A stretch of 64,000 nt of DNA from Isurus oxyrinchus (Eukaryota). The notes below the pieces were generated by a model. The model had not been told where the DNA came from, did not search any database, and was given only the letters and a program-made list of their open reading frames with translations. This document shows, piece after piece, positions 39,590 through 51,282 of this stretch; within the stretch, counting starts at the first letter, position 1; the number at the start of each line of letters is the position of its first letter. The DNA is taken from positions 112,778,001 to 112,842,000 of the forward strand of contig JANJGN010000007.1 in the NCBI GenBank assembly GCA_026770705.1, given 5' to 3'. The position numbers and the translations under genes were made by a program.

Positions 39590-40595
39590 ATACGAAAGCA
39601 AAATGCTGTGGATGCTGGATATCTGAAATAAAAGCATAATGTGCTGAAAATACTCAGTAGGCCTGCCAGCATATGCAGAGAGAAATAAACAGAGTCAATG
39701 CTGCAGGTCAATGACCTGTCATCAGTTATGGAATAAACTGGAAATGTAACAGATAGAGAAGTACTAAGGAAGGGAAAGGTGGTGGGTGGTGGTCGAAGGG
39801 AGGAAAGGTCTGTGATAGGGTGGAAGGCAGGATAAATTCAATGTCAAAAGGGATGATAATGCAAGGCAAAAGGGTATGTTAATAGGACAAGTAAGGAAAC
39901 AAAGTAAGAAAAGGTCCAGAAGAGGTGTAATGACAATAGCAGAATCATCACCAACTGCTGCCATGTGCAAAACTGGGGGCAGAGGTTATGATCTGAAATT
40001 GTTGAACTCAGTTTTGATTCCAGAAGTCTGTGAAGTGCCTAATCAAAGGATGAGGTACTTGCTCTTCCTTTAGCTTACGCTGAGCTTTATTGAAACAGTT
40101 GAAAAAGCAATTATTTGATTTGCATTCAGTTTCCCTAATGAAGAGGAGACCACATTGTGAACAGCGAATACAATATACTAAATCGAAAGACGTACATATA
40201 AATTGCTGTTTCACCTGGAAAGAGTGTTTGGGACCTTGGGTGGTAAGGAGACAGGAGATCAAAGGGCAGGTGTTGCATCTCCCGCACTTGCATGGGAAGG
40301 TACAATGGGAAGAGGAAGAGTGTGTTCAGGCTAATTGAGGAGCAGACTCCAGGATGTTTCAGAGGGAACAGTCCCTTTGGAATGATGAAATGGGAGACAA
40401 GGGGTGAATGTGTTTGGTGGTGGCATCAGGCTGAAGGTGTTGGAAATACCAGAGGATGACCTGTTTGAAATGAAGACTGATGGGGGTGGAAGGTGAGGAC
40501 AAGCAGATCTAATCATGGTTCAGGGAGCGGGGTAAGTGATGAGGGTGGATGTGTGGGAAATGAAATGGACACAGTTGAGGGCCCTGTCAATCAGC
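39590..40595 (-). mobile_element. Older Penelope-like 3' half with decayed GIY-YIG
   Basis: QGPKHSFQVKQQFICTSFDLVYCIRCSQCGLLFIRETE; pLTR with a decayed hammerhead near 39690-39730. Confidence 0.8.
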
Positions 40596-40999
40596 ATTGC
40601 CTTTGTCATTAAACTGATGAGATTAGGTAACCGGACCTGGTTCATGAGGTTGAATACATTCTACTTGTTCAATTGGGGTTAGAATTGGATAGACTGTGTA
40701 ATTACATAGGTGAAGCATATACTACAGGGTGAATAAGATGGATAGGCTCTGCCTATACTATTGAGTGGATGGGATGGATAGGTGGTGCATATACTGCTGG
40801 GCTGAATAGGATGGATTGGTGGCACCTGTACTTCGTGAATGGAATTGAATAAGTTGTGGATGTACTGCTAGGTTCAATAAAATGGATTGGTGTTGCTTGG
40901 TACTGCTGGGTGAATAAGAAGTTATAATTACTTTGTAAATGGACCTTGTAGAAAAGAAATAAGGCAGCTGGCTAAAACTGGCCTCATCAGCTCTTGAAC

Positions 41000-41190
41000 T
41001 CAATTAAGTTGCCTCCTGGCATAATTCCCATGTCCACCTTATCAAGACCATTCAGGATCTTATATACTCCAATCAAGTCACCCCTCATGCTCCTGAACTC
41101 CACTGGAAAAAAGCCTAGCTTGTCAAACCTATCCTCGTAAGACAATCCGCTCATTCCAGGTACCAATCTAGTAAACCTCCTCTGTCCCTG
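41000..41190 (-). mobile_element. CR1 fragment
   Basis: QRRFTRLVPGMSGLSYEDRFDKLGFF-type coding. Confidence 0.65.
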
Positions 41191-42879
41191 CCATTAAGAA
41201 TGGTGCATGATAACATTTCCTATTGGTATCCATCCTATTTATTTGCATATATTACTATATATTTGCACATAATCTCGCTGTTTACCAGGTAATAAAGGCT
41301 GTATTCAAATTAAACTTGACTTTGTGGAAGGGTGGAAAGTTCTCCACTGTGGGGAGCAGTTGATTGGCTTACAGTTAAGTTGATCTGAGAGAAAGTAACC
41401 ATATTTTGTTTGTGGACAATGAAATCATTCCCTTCAATTGAATCAATTTAATTTCTCAGAGCTGATTCTGATCCTGTTTTTGCTAGCATATGCAAGCACT
41501 GGATATAATTAAGGGTAGGAATTATTGTTAATGTTTGTCTATCCCTCGACCAAGGGATACTAAAGTCAATTGTACTGTGCAACTTACATCAAACTGTGAT
41601 CAACTAACTCAACAAAGATTGATGATCAAACCTTGGGCCTTCAAGTGTATGGTTTGGTAGAACACTAGGAAGTATCTCCATCCATGAAGCGAACAGGGAG
41701 GCTATGGTAAGGAGCATTAATTGTTCAAATACTGCAATCCCACCTACTTTAACAAAAGAAAAGGGGGGTGTAATTGCTCTTGGTCAGTAGCACAAAATAA
41801 GCAGTAGCAAATCAGCTGCCTGTTTTACTTGCAGTCATGGAAAAGAAACTCAGGTGGAGTGAAAAGCTGATTTACTATCACCATAATACATTACAAACCA
41901 AGATCATTTACACCTCGAGCAGTCTGTGTTTTTTCAAATGGTGTAAACTGAAAAATGTTCTATGCATTTACTATTTGAACTTGATATGAATTGATTTTGC
42001 ACACAACACCTTAAGCAATACAGTGCTACCTGTGGTATAGTTAGTACACATATTGTAATGCCCACAGCCCAGACTTCTGGGGGTAGAGCAGCCAGGGAGT
42101 TACCTCTGGTGATCAGATTAAAAAGTCCAATAAGTGAAGGAAGTAAAAAAAAGGAAATGTAAATGCATCCATTACTTTTTGATCACTCAAACAGGAAATC
42201 TATAAGCGTGCATTCAGATTCTGCAGATTAAGCATTGTTGCAAAGCTGCTTCAAAATGACACTAAACTTGGAATGTAGTGAGGTGTCAAGGCTTGAACAG
42301 ACTCCACATTGAAGCAGAGTGTTGTTGCCTTCTTCACAGAATTTCACTTAGCTTGGTTCCAGTGCCAGGTTGTGCCCTAGTGCCTGACTTGGGTTTCATT
42401 TATGTTGTATTGCAGTGTTGATGCAAGGCAAAACATCTTCACCCTGCCAGTATGGTTGCAGTGTGAATGCCACCTGGTGAAATCTAGAATCCAAGGACAC
42501 GCAAGGCATTGATAATGCCACTGGCTGAAGAAACCCAGGAAACTGTGAATGCAGTAATTGTACAGCTATGTGTTGAAAGTTGTCACCAGGCAACAGCCTT
42601 TCAAATGTACTACAGAGGAAATAGTTTCTGATCCTAATGGATTGAATTCTGAGAAGCAAAGGAACTGAGTTACATTAAGCAGCAGCTGAAAGCTCGAGCA
42701 AAGTTTCACCATATCATAGACAATATGTATAGAAGCACGACTAGCCAAAGGTTTAAAACATTGCACATTGGCACTTAATCATGTATATGAATAGCTACAA
42801 TTATAGGTCATTATTATGTTGCTAATGGACTTTTCTATTTGGTACTGTGTTTGTGTAGATGTAGCTGACAGCAGTGTAT

Positions 42880-43250
42880 TGAATCACGGAATCTCACAGA
42901 ATCACAGTGCAGAAGAGGCCCTTCGGCTCATCGAGTCTGCACCGACATGTGAGAAATGCCTGACCTACCTACCTAATCCCATTTACCAGCACTTGGCCCG
43001 TAGCCTTGAATGTTATGACCTGCCAAGTGTTCATCCAGGTACTTTTTAAAGGATGTGAGGCAACCCGCCTCCACCACCCTCCCAGGCAGTGCATTCCAGA
43101 CCGTCACCACCCTCTGGGTAAAAAAGTTTTTCCTCACATCCCCCCTAAACCTCCTGCCCCTCACCTTGAACTTATGCCCCCTTGTGACTGACCCTTCAAC
43201 TAAGGGGAAGAGCTGCTCCCTATCCACGCCTCTCATAATCTTGTACACCT
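42880..43250 (-). mobile_element. Relatively young CR1 3' end
   Basis: VYKIMRG...TRGHKFKVRGRRFRGDVRKNFFTQRVVTVWNALP...AGKWD; 3' tandem (attctgtg)-like tail. Confidence 0.88.
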
Positions 43251-43389
43251 GCAATGATATTGACACTGTATTTGCAATATCAACGTAGTATCATAGAGAA
43301 TTAGTACATTACTGAAAGGTACCCCAATAGGGAGTGTAGAGTGCACATCTACTCACCAGGTTGAATCATGTATTATCCCCAGCCTCATC

Positions 43390-43700
43390 AATCGGATGAT
43401 GAGATGTTAAGCCAAGGCCTTGTCTGTCCTATTAAGTGGACATAAAAGATCCACTGACACTATTCAAAGAAGAGCATGGCAGTTCGCTTCAGTGTTCTGG
43501 CCCATATTTATCCCTTAACCAATATCACAAAAAACAGATTATCTACTCATTATCTCATTGCTGTTTTTGGAATCTTGTTATATTTAAATTGGCTACCACG
43601 TTTTCTACATTACAAAAGTGACTTCACTTCAAAAGTATTAAATTGACTGTGAAGTACTTTGGGATGTTGTGAAAGGTGCTTTATATTCCAAGTTTTTTCT
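43390..43700 (+). mobile_element. Deu-domain SINE (AmnSINE1/SacSINE1-like)
   Basis: atatttatccc..aaccaa..cagattatct..cattgctg core. Confidence 0.7.
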
Positions 43701-44607
43701 TTTAACTGTAGTGCCATATATTGTGTGCAGCATGATACTTTGCCCCAGAGCAGACTAAAAATTGTACCCCAGCATCAAACAGGCAGCAATATACTGTACT
43801 TCAAAAGAGTGCATTGTACTTTATTGTACTCTCAATATCAGTAAGACTACATTATACCCCAGTCTTCATCAAATCCCAATATCCTCAATATTGATCCCAG
43901 TACTGTACTACACACTAATATAAAACATACAATACCTTCCTATCTTCTAGTAGAGATAATAAAGAAGACACAATTGACAGCACAGGAGTTCATTCTGTCC
44001 ATCATTCATGTGCTGACTCATTGCCAGAATAATCAAAAACTAATCCTACTACCCTGCTTTCCATCACCATATCTTCCTCTACTTCAAGTGTTTACCTGCA
44101 TTTCCTTTCAAACACACAATTGTTTCTGCTTTAACTACTTCCTGTAGCAGAGCATCCCATACTCCAACAAAACTCAGTGTAAAGACATTTCTCCTGTCTC
44201 CAATATAAATAATGACGCTATCTAAAGTTTCTACTCATATGTGTAATCTCTCATCCTTTATCTCATGCTGGTATATATTGTGTGCTAATATTAATCAGAT
44301 TGCAACTAATATAGGCTATGTAGTACTGCATTGAAAAATAGAACTGCTATTGTAAAGTATTTCACTAGTGTGAACTAACTAACTGATCACACTACTATAC
44401 ACAAGTGTACATAAACATATGTACTCCAATACAGATCCAATGGTGTATTAATGCATCTCAATACCAGGTAATACTAAGGTACAGTGTCTCAACACTAGTA
44501 ATAACATATTGTACCTCTATACACTGTACTTATATGAACTCAAATTGGAAAATACTGCACTGTACTCCAGTACAGATAAATGCTGTACCTTATTACAGAT
44601 TATAAAT

Positions 44608-45062
44608 GAAAGAACTTTGCCTTTTTATAGCACTTCTTTGAACCTCATGATGTTCCTTGAATGTTCTACACCAGTGAGGTAGTTCTGGAATGTAGTCACT
44701 GTTGTAATGTAGGGAAACAGAGCAGCTAATTGCACATAGCAAGGTTCTACTATCAGCAATGAAATAATGACCAGATAATCTGTTTTTGTACTATTAGTTG
44801 AGGGATAAATATTGGGCATGACTTCATGGGAAACTCTGCAGCACCTTCTCAAATAGTGCCACGTGATATTTTACATCCAACTGAGAAGGCAGGCAGAATC
44901 TCTCTTTAAAGCTTCATCTGAAAGATGGCACCTCTAATAGTGCAACACTCCTTTAGTATTGCAAAGAAATATGTACTTAGGTTGTGTAGGCAAGTCCTAG
45001 AGTGGGACTGGTACCCCAACCTTCTGATTCTGAGGCAAAAGTGCTATCACTGAGCCAAGGCT
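44608..45062 (-). mobile_element. Deu-domain SINE, near full length
   Basis: Head TGGCTCAGTG...AGTCCCACT; Deu core; 3' aagttctttc. Confidence 0.75.
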
Positions 45063-45232
45063 GTGGTGTATGTACTGCAGCTAAAATACTGCAGTGTACT
45101 CTGATACAAATCACAAAATATTGTAGTGTATTCCTATGTAGACTACACAAATTCAGCTTATAAATTACTTAACAAAAACAGAATTACCTGGAAAAACTCA
45201 GCAGGTCTGGCAGCATCGGCGGAGAAGAAAAG

Positions 45233-45271
45233 AGTTGACGTTTCGAGTCTTCATGACCCTTCGACAGAACT
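45233..45271 (-). ncRNA. Hammerhead-like motif with CUGUCGA core
   Basis: Reverse complement of the 47810-47848 motif. Confidence 0.7.
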
Positions 45272-45338
45272 TGATTTCGAGTCCAGGAAAGAGTTGAAAT
45301 ATAAGCTGGTTTAAGGTGTGTGGCGGGGGGGGGGGGGG

Positions 45339-45379
<41 letters not shown>

Positions 45380-45687
45380 GTGCTTGTGTAGACAAACAAG
45401 CAGTGATAGAAGCAAATCATCAAAAGATGTCAGTGACAATGGGACAAAAGAACACATAGGTGTTAAAGTTAAAGTTGGTGATATTATCTAAACGAATGTG
45501 CTAATTAAGAATGGATGGTAGGGCACTCAAGGTACAGCTCTAGTGGGGGTGAGGGGAGCATAAAAGATTTTAAAATATTTAAAAATAGTGGAAATAGGTG
45601 GGAAAAGAAAAATCTATAAAATTTATAGGGAAAAAAAAGGGGAAAAAAAGGGGGAAACAGAAAGGGGGTGGGGATAGGGGAGGGAGC

Positions 45688-46315
45688 TCACGACCTAAAG
45701 TTATTGAATTCAATATTCAGACCGGAAGGCTGTAAGGTGCCTAGTCGGAAGATGAGGTGTTGTTCCTCCAGTTTGCGTTGGGCTTCACTGGAACAATGCA
45801 GTAAGCCAAGGACAGACATGTGGGCAAGAGAGCAGGGTGGAGTGTTAAAATGGCAAGCGACAGGGAGGTTTGGGTCATTCTTGCGGACAGACCGCAGGTG
45901 TTCTGCAAAGCGGTCGCCCAGTTTACGTTTGGTCTCTCCAATGTAGAGGAGACCACATTGGGAGCAACGAATGCAGTAGACTAAGTTGGGGGAAATGCAA
46001 GTGAAATGCTGCTTCACTTGAAAGGAGTGTTTGGGCCCTTGGACGGTGAGGAGAGAGGAAGTGAAGGGGCAGGTGTTACATCTTTTGCGTGGGCATGGGG
46101 TGGTGCCATAGGAGGGGGTTGAGGAGTAGGGGGTGATGGAGGAGTGGACCAGGGTGTCCCGGAGGGAGCGATCCCTACGGAATGCCGATAGGGGGGGTGA
46201 AGGGAAGATGTGTTTGGTGGTGGCATCATGCTGGAGTTGGCGGAAATGGCGGAGGATGATCCTTTGAATGCGGAGGCTGGTGGGGTGATAAGTGAGGACA
46301 AGGGGGACCCTATCA
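45688..46315 (-). CDS. Penelope C-terminal Zn-linker and GIY-YIG endonuclease (fragment, open frame)
   Basis: CPRKRCNTC...NLVYCIRCSQCGLLYIGETKRKLGDRFAEH...EQHLIFRLGTLQPSGLN. Confidence 0.88.
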
Positions 46316-47714
46316 TGTCCACCCCAGCCTGTCCCTCCGTCCCCACCCCATCTTCCAATCCCAGCCCCAGCCGTGTATTCACTATACCCCCTGACCTTCC
46401 CCTCTCCGATGCTGAACGTTCAGTGCTCAGCAAAGGACTTAGTTTCATACCCTTACGCCCTCACCTCAATGAATTTCGGGCTCGGCATGATACTGAACTC
46501 TTCTTTCGCCGTCTTCGTCTCCGGGCTCACTTCTTTGGGCAGGAGTCCTCTCCCAGTTCAACGGATCCTTTTACCCATCTCCAATATTCTCCCTCCACCT
46601 GGACCCCTCCCTCTGGATTCTTACCTTCTCTTGATCTTTTCATTGAGAACTGTCGGCGCGACATTAGTCGTCTCAATTTCTCTGCTCCTCTCACCCATTC
46701 TAACCTGTCTCTCTCTGAACTTACTGCACTCCATTCTCTCAGGTCCAACCCTGACATTGTCATCAAACCCGCTGACAAGGGTGGTGCTGTTGTTGTCTGG
46801 CGCACTGACCTCTACCTCGCGGAGGCTGAGCGTCAACTCGCAGACACTTCCTCCTACCTCTCCCTGGACCATGACCCCACCACTGAACATCAAGCCATTG
46901 TTTCCAGGACTGTCACTGACCTCATCTCCTCTGGGGATCTCCCTCCCACAGCTTCCAACCTGATAGTCGCCCAACCTCGGACGGCCCGCTTCTATCTCCT
47001 ACCCAAAATCCACAAACAGAACTGCCCCGGTAGACCGATCGTCTCAGCTTGCTCCTGCCCCACAGAACTCATTTCTCATTATCTTGACTCCCTTCTCTCT
47101 CCCCTTGTCCAGTCCCTTCCCACCTACATCCGTGATTCCTCCGACACCTTACGTCACATCAACAATTTCCAGTTCCCTGGCTCCAACCGCTTCCTCTTCA
47201 CCATGGACGTCCAATCCCTCTACACCTCCATCCCCCACCAGGATGGTCTGAGGGCCCTTAGCTTCTTCCTCGAACAGAGGCCCGAACAATCCCCATCCAC
47301 CACTACTCTCCTCCGTCTGGCTGAACTTGTTCTCACGTTGAACAATTTCTCCTTCAACTCCTCTCACTTTCTCCAAATAAAAGGTGTGGCTATGGGTACC
47401 CGCATGGGCCCCAGCTATGCCTGTCTCTTTATGGGATATGTGGAACATTCCTTGTTGCAGTCCTACCCCGGCCCCCTTCCACAACTTTTTCTCCGGTACA
47501 TCGATGATTACTTCGGTGCCGCTTCATGCTCTCGTCGGGACTTGGAAAAATTTATTAATTTTGCTTCCAATCTCCACCCCTCCATCATTTTCACGTGGTC
47601 CATCTCTGACACTTCCCTTCCCTTCCTTGACCTCTCTGTCTCAATCTCTGGTGATAGACTGGATGATCTGCTTCTATCACTGCTTGTTTGTCCCTACAAC
47701 CACACCCCCACTCC

Positions 47715-47745
<31 letters not shown>

Positions 47746-47883
47746 CACCTCCCACACACACACAACTTAAACCAGCTTATATTTCAACTCTTTCCTGGAC
47801 TCGAAATCAAGTTCTGTCGAAGGGTCATGAAGACTCGAAACGTCAACTCTTTTCTTCTCCGCCGATGCTGCCAGACCTGCTGA
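46315..47883 (+). CDS. Penelope-type reverse transcriptase (open frame; truncated at about 47660 and running into the pLTR)
   Basis: KPADKGGAVVV, LPKIHK, GRPIVS, MDVQSLYTSI, GVAMGTRMGPSYA, RYIDD, PFLDL. Confidence 0.92.
47810..47848 (+). ncRNA. Hammerhead-like motif with CUGUCGA core (tandem copy 1)
   Basis: AGUU CUGUCGA A GGGUC augaa GACUC GAAAC GUC AACU. Confidence 0.72.
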
Positions 47884-47943
47884 GTTTTTCCAGGTAATTC
47901 TGTTTTTGTTTTATATTTCAACTCTTTCCTGGACTCGAAATCA

Positions 47944-47982
47944 AGTTCTGTCGAAGGGTCATGAAGACTCGAAACGTCAACT
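47944..47982 (+). ncRNA. Hammerhead-like motif with CUGUCGA core (tandem copy 2)
   Basis: Identical to 47810-47848, 134 nt downstream. Confidence 0.72.
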
Positions 47983-48663
47983 CTTTTCTTCTCCACCGAT
48001 GCTGCCAGACCTGCTGAGTTTTTCCAGGTAATTCTGTTTTTGTTTTGTATTTCCAGCATCCGCAGTTTTGTTTTGTCTTTATAAATTACTTAGTACATCT
48101 TAATGCGGATTGTAAAATTTTGTAGTTTACCTCAAGTTTGTATTCTGTGCCCCAGTAGAGATTATGCAATGCTGATTAAACACTTTTAGACTACCCCATT
48201 ACAGATAATACTGTCCCTCCCTTTAGATAACATACCATCAAACAGATAGTATTGTAATACATGCCAATACAGACTGGAAAATATATTGTACCTAAATATA
48301 ATGTAGTTGACTGCAAAACTATAAACTAGTTCAATGTCTACACACAGTTGAAAGTGTCAGATTTTGTTACAGATGTAAAAATATACAGAAAGAAAAATAG
48401 TTGTTGATCTAGAGCGTGAGATTTAGATGCAGTTGCAACTGCTATCTGACCACAACAATTGATAAGCAGCTACAAAACTTGATTTACCTGACTTACACCA
48501 GTGGCCTCTATCTATTTATTTATCTAATATCTCTATCTCTCTATTTCTCTATCTCCCTCTCTCTCTTTCTGATTTTATTTGAGGTGTAATACTTCAGATA
48601 TTATAGAAAGAAAGTAGTTAATTGATGTTCTTTCTGAGCTTGTGGAGGAATCAATGTACAACC

Positions 48664-49854
48664 TGTTAAGATCAGGTGAGGAGAGGTGAATTGGCTCGCC
48701 TCTATTCAACCTCCTGGGTAGATCACAACAAAAGTTTACGTTTCTTTATCATGAGTATATCCGAATCAGAATGTATTTAACAATTTAAGCTATGATCAAT
48801 AAGGAACCAAACAAAGTTTTGTTGAGTCAAAGGAAGAACAAATTTAATAACCACTAAACCTGAGAAAAATAATAAAAACACAACATCAAGCATTTGGCCA
48901 TCATGCAGTTGGGGCCACACACACACACAAACACACAGATATCAGAAATAAGTGGAGTTAGAGTACAATTTTTTAAAAAGGCAAAATAATATACATTTAA
49001 TGGTTCTTTGATTGTCCTTGAGGCATAGATTTTAAAACAAAAACAGAATTACCTGGAAAAACTCAGCAGGTCTGGCAGCATCGGCGGAGAAGAAAAGAGT
49101 TGACGTTTTGAGTCCTCATGACCCTTCGACAGTTCTGTCGAAGGGTCATGAGGACTCGAAACGTCAACTCTTTTCTTCTCCGCCGATGCTGCCAGACCTG
49201 CTGAGTTTTTCCAGGTAATTCTGTTTTTGTTTTGGATTTCCAGCATCCGCAGTTTTTTTTTTGTTTTTTTTTGTTTTTATAGATTTTAAACACTGTGGCA
49301 AAATGTGGTTAGCTGGTTTCTTGGATACAGTCAGATGTAGAAGATGTTGCAATAATTACAAGATCTCAGTTAACTGGTAGGTTTCTGGTAGAGTTGGCTT
49401 CTCGAACCGGGGAACAGAGTTATTCCAAAAGAGAGAGAGAGGGAGAGAGAGCAGCTTGTTTCCTCTACTGAAGACTTCCTTGACACTGCCTATATCATGT
49501 GCAATCTCTCTCTAGTGCCTGGGCTGTCGTGCCTTGAAATTCTTCATCCATTGCGTATTTCCAAGAGATTTTGAATGTGTCTGTCTGTGACAGCCATTGT
49601 TTCAAAATCCAGTACTTTACATTTTTAATGTCCCTTCCTTCGACAGTTACAAGTTTCGATGGGTGTGTGTATTATAGGAAATGTCTCCCTTTTCACATTC
49701 CCCTGAGGGCGATTTGTTTATTTCTCATCTTCACCTCAGAATGTGGCCTTGCATTTTTAAGCAGTTTGCACCTCAGTTCAGATTGCAAAATTTCCAGTCA
49801 GTTGAAAGTTGAAAAATCATATTTTCAAAAATAAAAGGACAAAGCCTCGTGATA
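48664..49854 (-). repeat. 3' LTR (contains a pLTR palindrome)
   Basis: TGTTAAGA...GTGATA; colinear with 61352-62280. Confidence 0.88.
49037..49278. mobile_element. Palindromic Penelope pLTR mini-insertion
   Basis: Inverted repeat centred near 49133; 12-bp TSD ATAGATTTTAAA at 49025-49036 and 49279-49290; absent from the other LTR. Confidence 0.9.
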
Positions 49855-50095
49855 CGTCCCCATCACAAGAAATGAAATGAGATTCACTCTCATTTCATTA
49901 TGAGGTATAAAAAACACAAAACAAAATAAAACACATTCACTTCCGTTCACTCTCTCAGTCTTGGCCTGATTATCCAATCAGCTTTAATTGGGTCTCTTTA
50001 AGTTCAGGGGAACATCCGCAATCGCACTTGATTTCCCTGCAGTGTTGGTGATTTTTAGGTGATATGGTTGGAGAAACAAACTCCAATAGAGTAAC

Positions 50096-50261
50096 TAAGA
50101 TAAAAGCAAAAAATGCTGGAAATCCAAAACACAAACAAAAATACCTGAAAAAACTCAGCAGTTCTGGTGGAGAGTCACACGGACTCGAAACGTTAACTGT
50201 ACTCCTCTCCAAAGATGCTGTCAGACCTGCTGAGTTTTTCCAGGTATTTTTGTTTTTGTTT
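50096..50261. mobile_element. Older inverted Penelope pLTR mini-insertion
   Basis: Flanks ccaatagagtaac and ccaatagaataac; decayed hammerhead CTGGTGGA..GAAACGTTAACT. Confidence 0.8.
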
Positions 50262-50374
50262 CCAATAGAATAACCTTGCATTCTGAGTTTTGAATTTCTC
50301 CACGAAGGTCAAAATGTTGTGGTTGGTTTAAACTGTGATCTCCCTGTATTCGTTTTAGTTTTTGCTCTACTACA

Positions 50375-51282
50375 GGGGAAGAAGTTAGCTGTTTGTTGAG
50401 TAACTGGTGAGTGGTTAAAGTTTATTCTATTCCTAAGGTTTAAAATAGGACAGGGACTTGTGGTAAGATTTATAAAATACATAAAAGGAAATAAATAATT
50501 GAATAAAATAATTGAGTAATTAATTAAAATACATAAGATGGCAGAACAGGCAATGTATCATGGCTGCAACATGTGGGAAGTCCTGGATACCAGTGTGACC
50601 CAGGGCAAACAGGTGTGCAGTAAGTGTCTGTGGCATGAGGAGCTTTGGTTCAGATTCATTGAGCTGGATGCTGAGTTACGGACACTGCAATGCATCAGGG
50701 AGGGGGAAAGTTATCTGGACATTTTGTACTAGGAGATGGTCAAACCCCTTAGGATAGGGTCTTACTTGAAAGGTGGTCAGGGATGGGGGTGGGTTGTGGG
50801 GGGGGGGGGGGGGGGGGGGGGGGGGGTGGTGGGGAGGTGGGGGCGTGGGGTGGTGTGACTGCAGCTGAGGCAGGTGTGGAGGCCCAGGTGGCAAGGGTGA
50901 AGGAGTGTCAGCCTCTGCAATTGTCCAACAAGTTTGAGGTTCTTTCAGCTTGTTTGGATGCGAGTAGGGGATGTAGGGCAGATGAGCTGACTGACCATGG
51001 CACTGTGGTACAGGAAGCCAATCAAGTGGGGGAGCAAAACGGAATGTAGTGGTACTAGGGGACAATATAGTGAGGGGGAACTGAAACTGTTCTCTGTAGC
51101 AAAGAGTGAGAGCCCAGGCAGCTATGTTGCCAGGGTTTGATACATTTGCTCAGGGCTGGAGAGGAACTTACAGTGGGAAGGGGAGGATCCAGTTGAGATA
51201 GGGCATGTAGGTACCAATGACATAGTCAGGATGAGGAAGGAAATTCTGCATTGTCAGTATGAGGGGCTAGGGCCCAAATTAA
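50375..51282 (+). mobile_element. CR1 ORF1 (zinc finger/leucine zipper and SGNH esterase), decayed
   Basis: CNMWE..CSKC..ELDAELRTL; LSNKFEVL; VVLGDNIVRG; HVGTND. Confidence 0.8.

Larger units (their letters stand above)
45172..48078 (+). mobile_element. Young rearranged Penelope-like insertion with inverted pLTRs
   Basis: 14-bp TSD TTATAAATTACTTA at 45158-45171 and 48079-48092; inverted 3' part at 45172-46315; forward RT at 46316-47660; forward pLTR with a 134-bp tandem duplication. Confidence 0.93.

Noticed and set aside
46210-46314. N-terminus of the 557-aa RT ORF
   Set aside because: Derives from the antisense strand of the inverted segment; a junction artefact rather than the native start.
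50783-50852. Poly-G / poly-Gly tract
   Set aside because: Homopolymer expansion in a decayed CR1 ORF1; its length may be a sequencing artefact.
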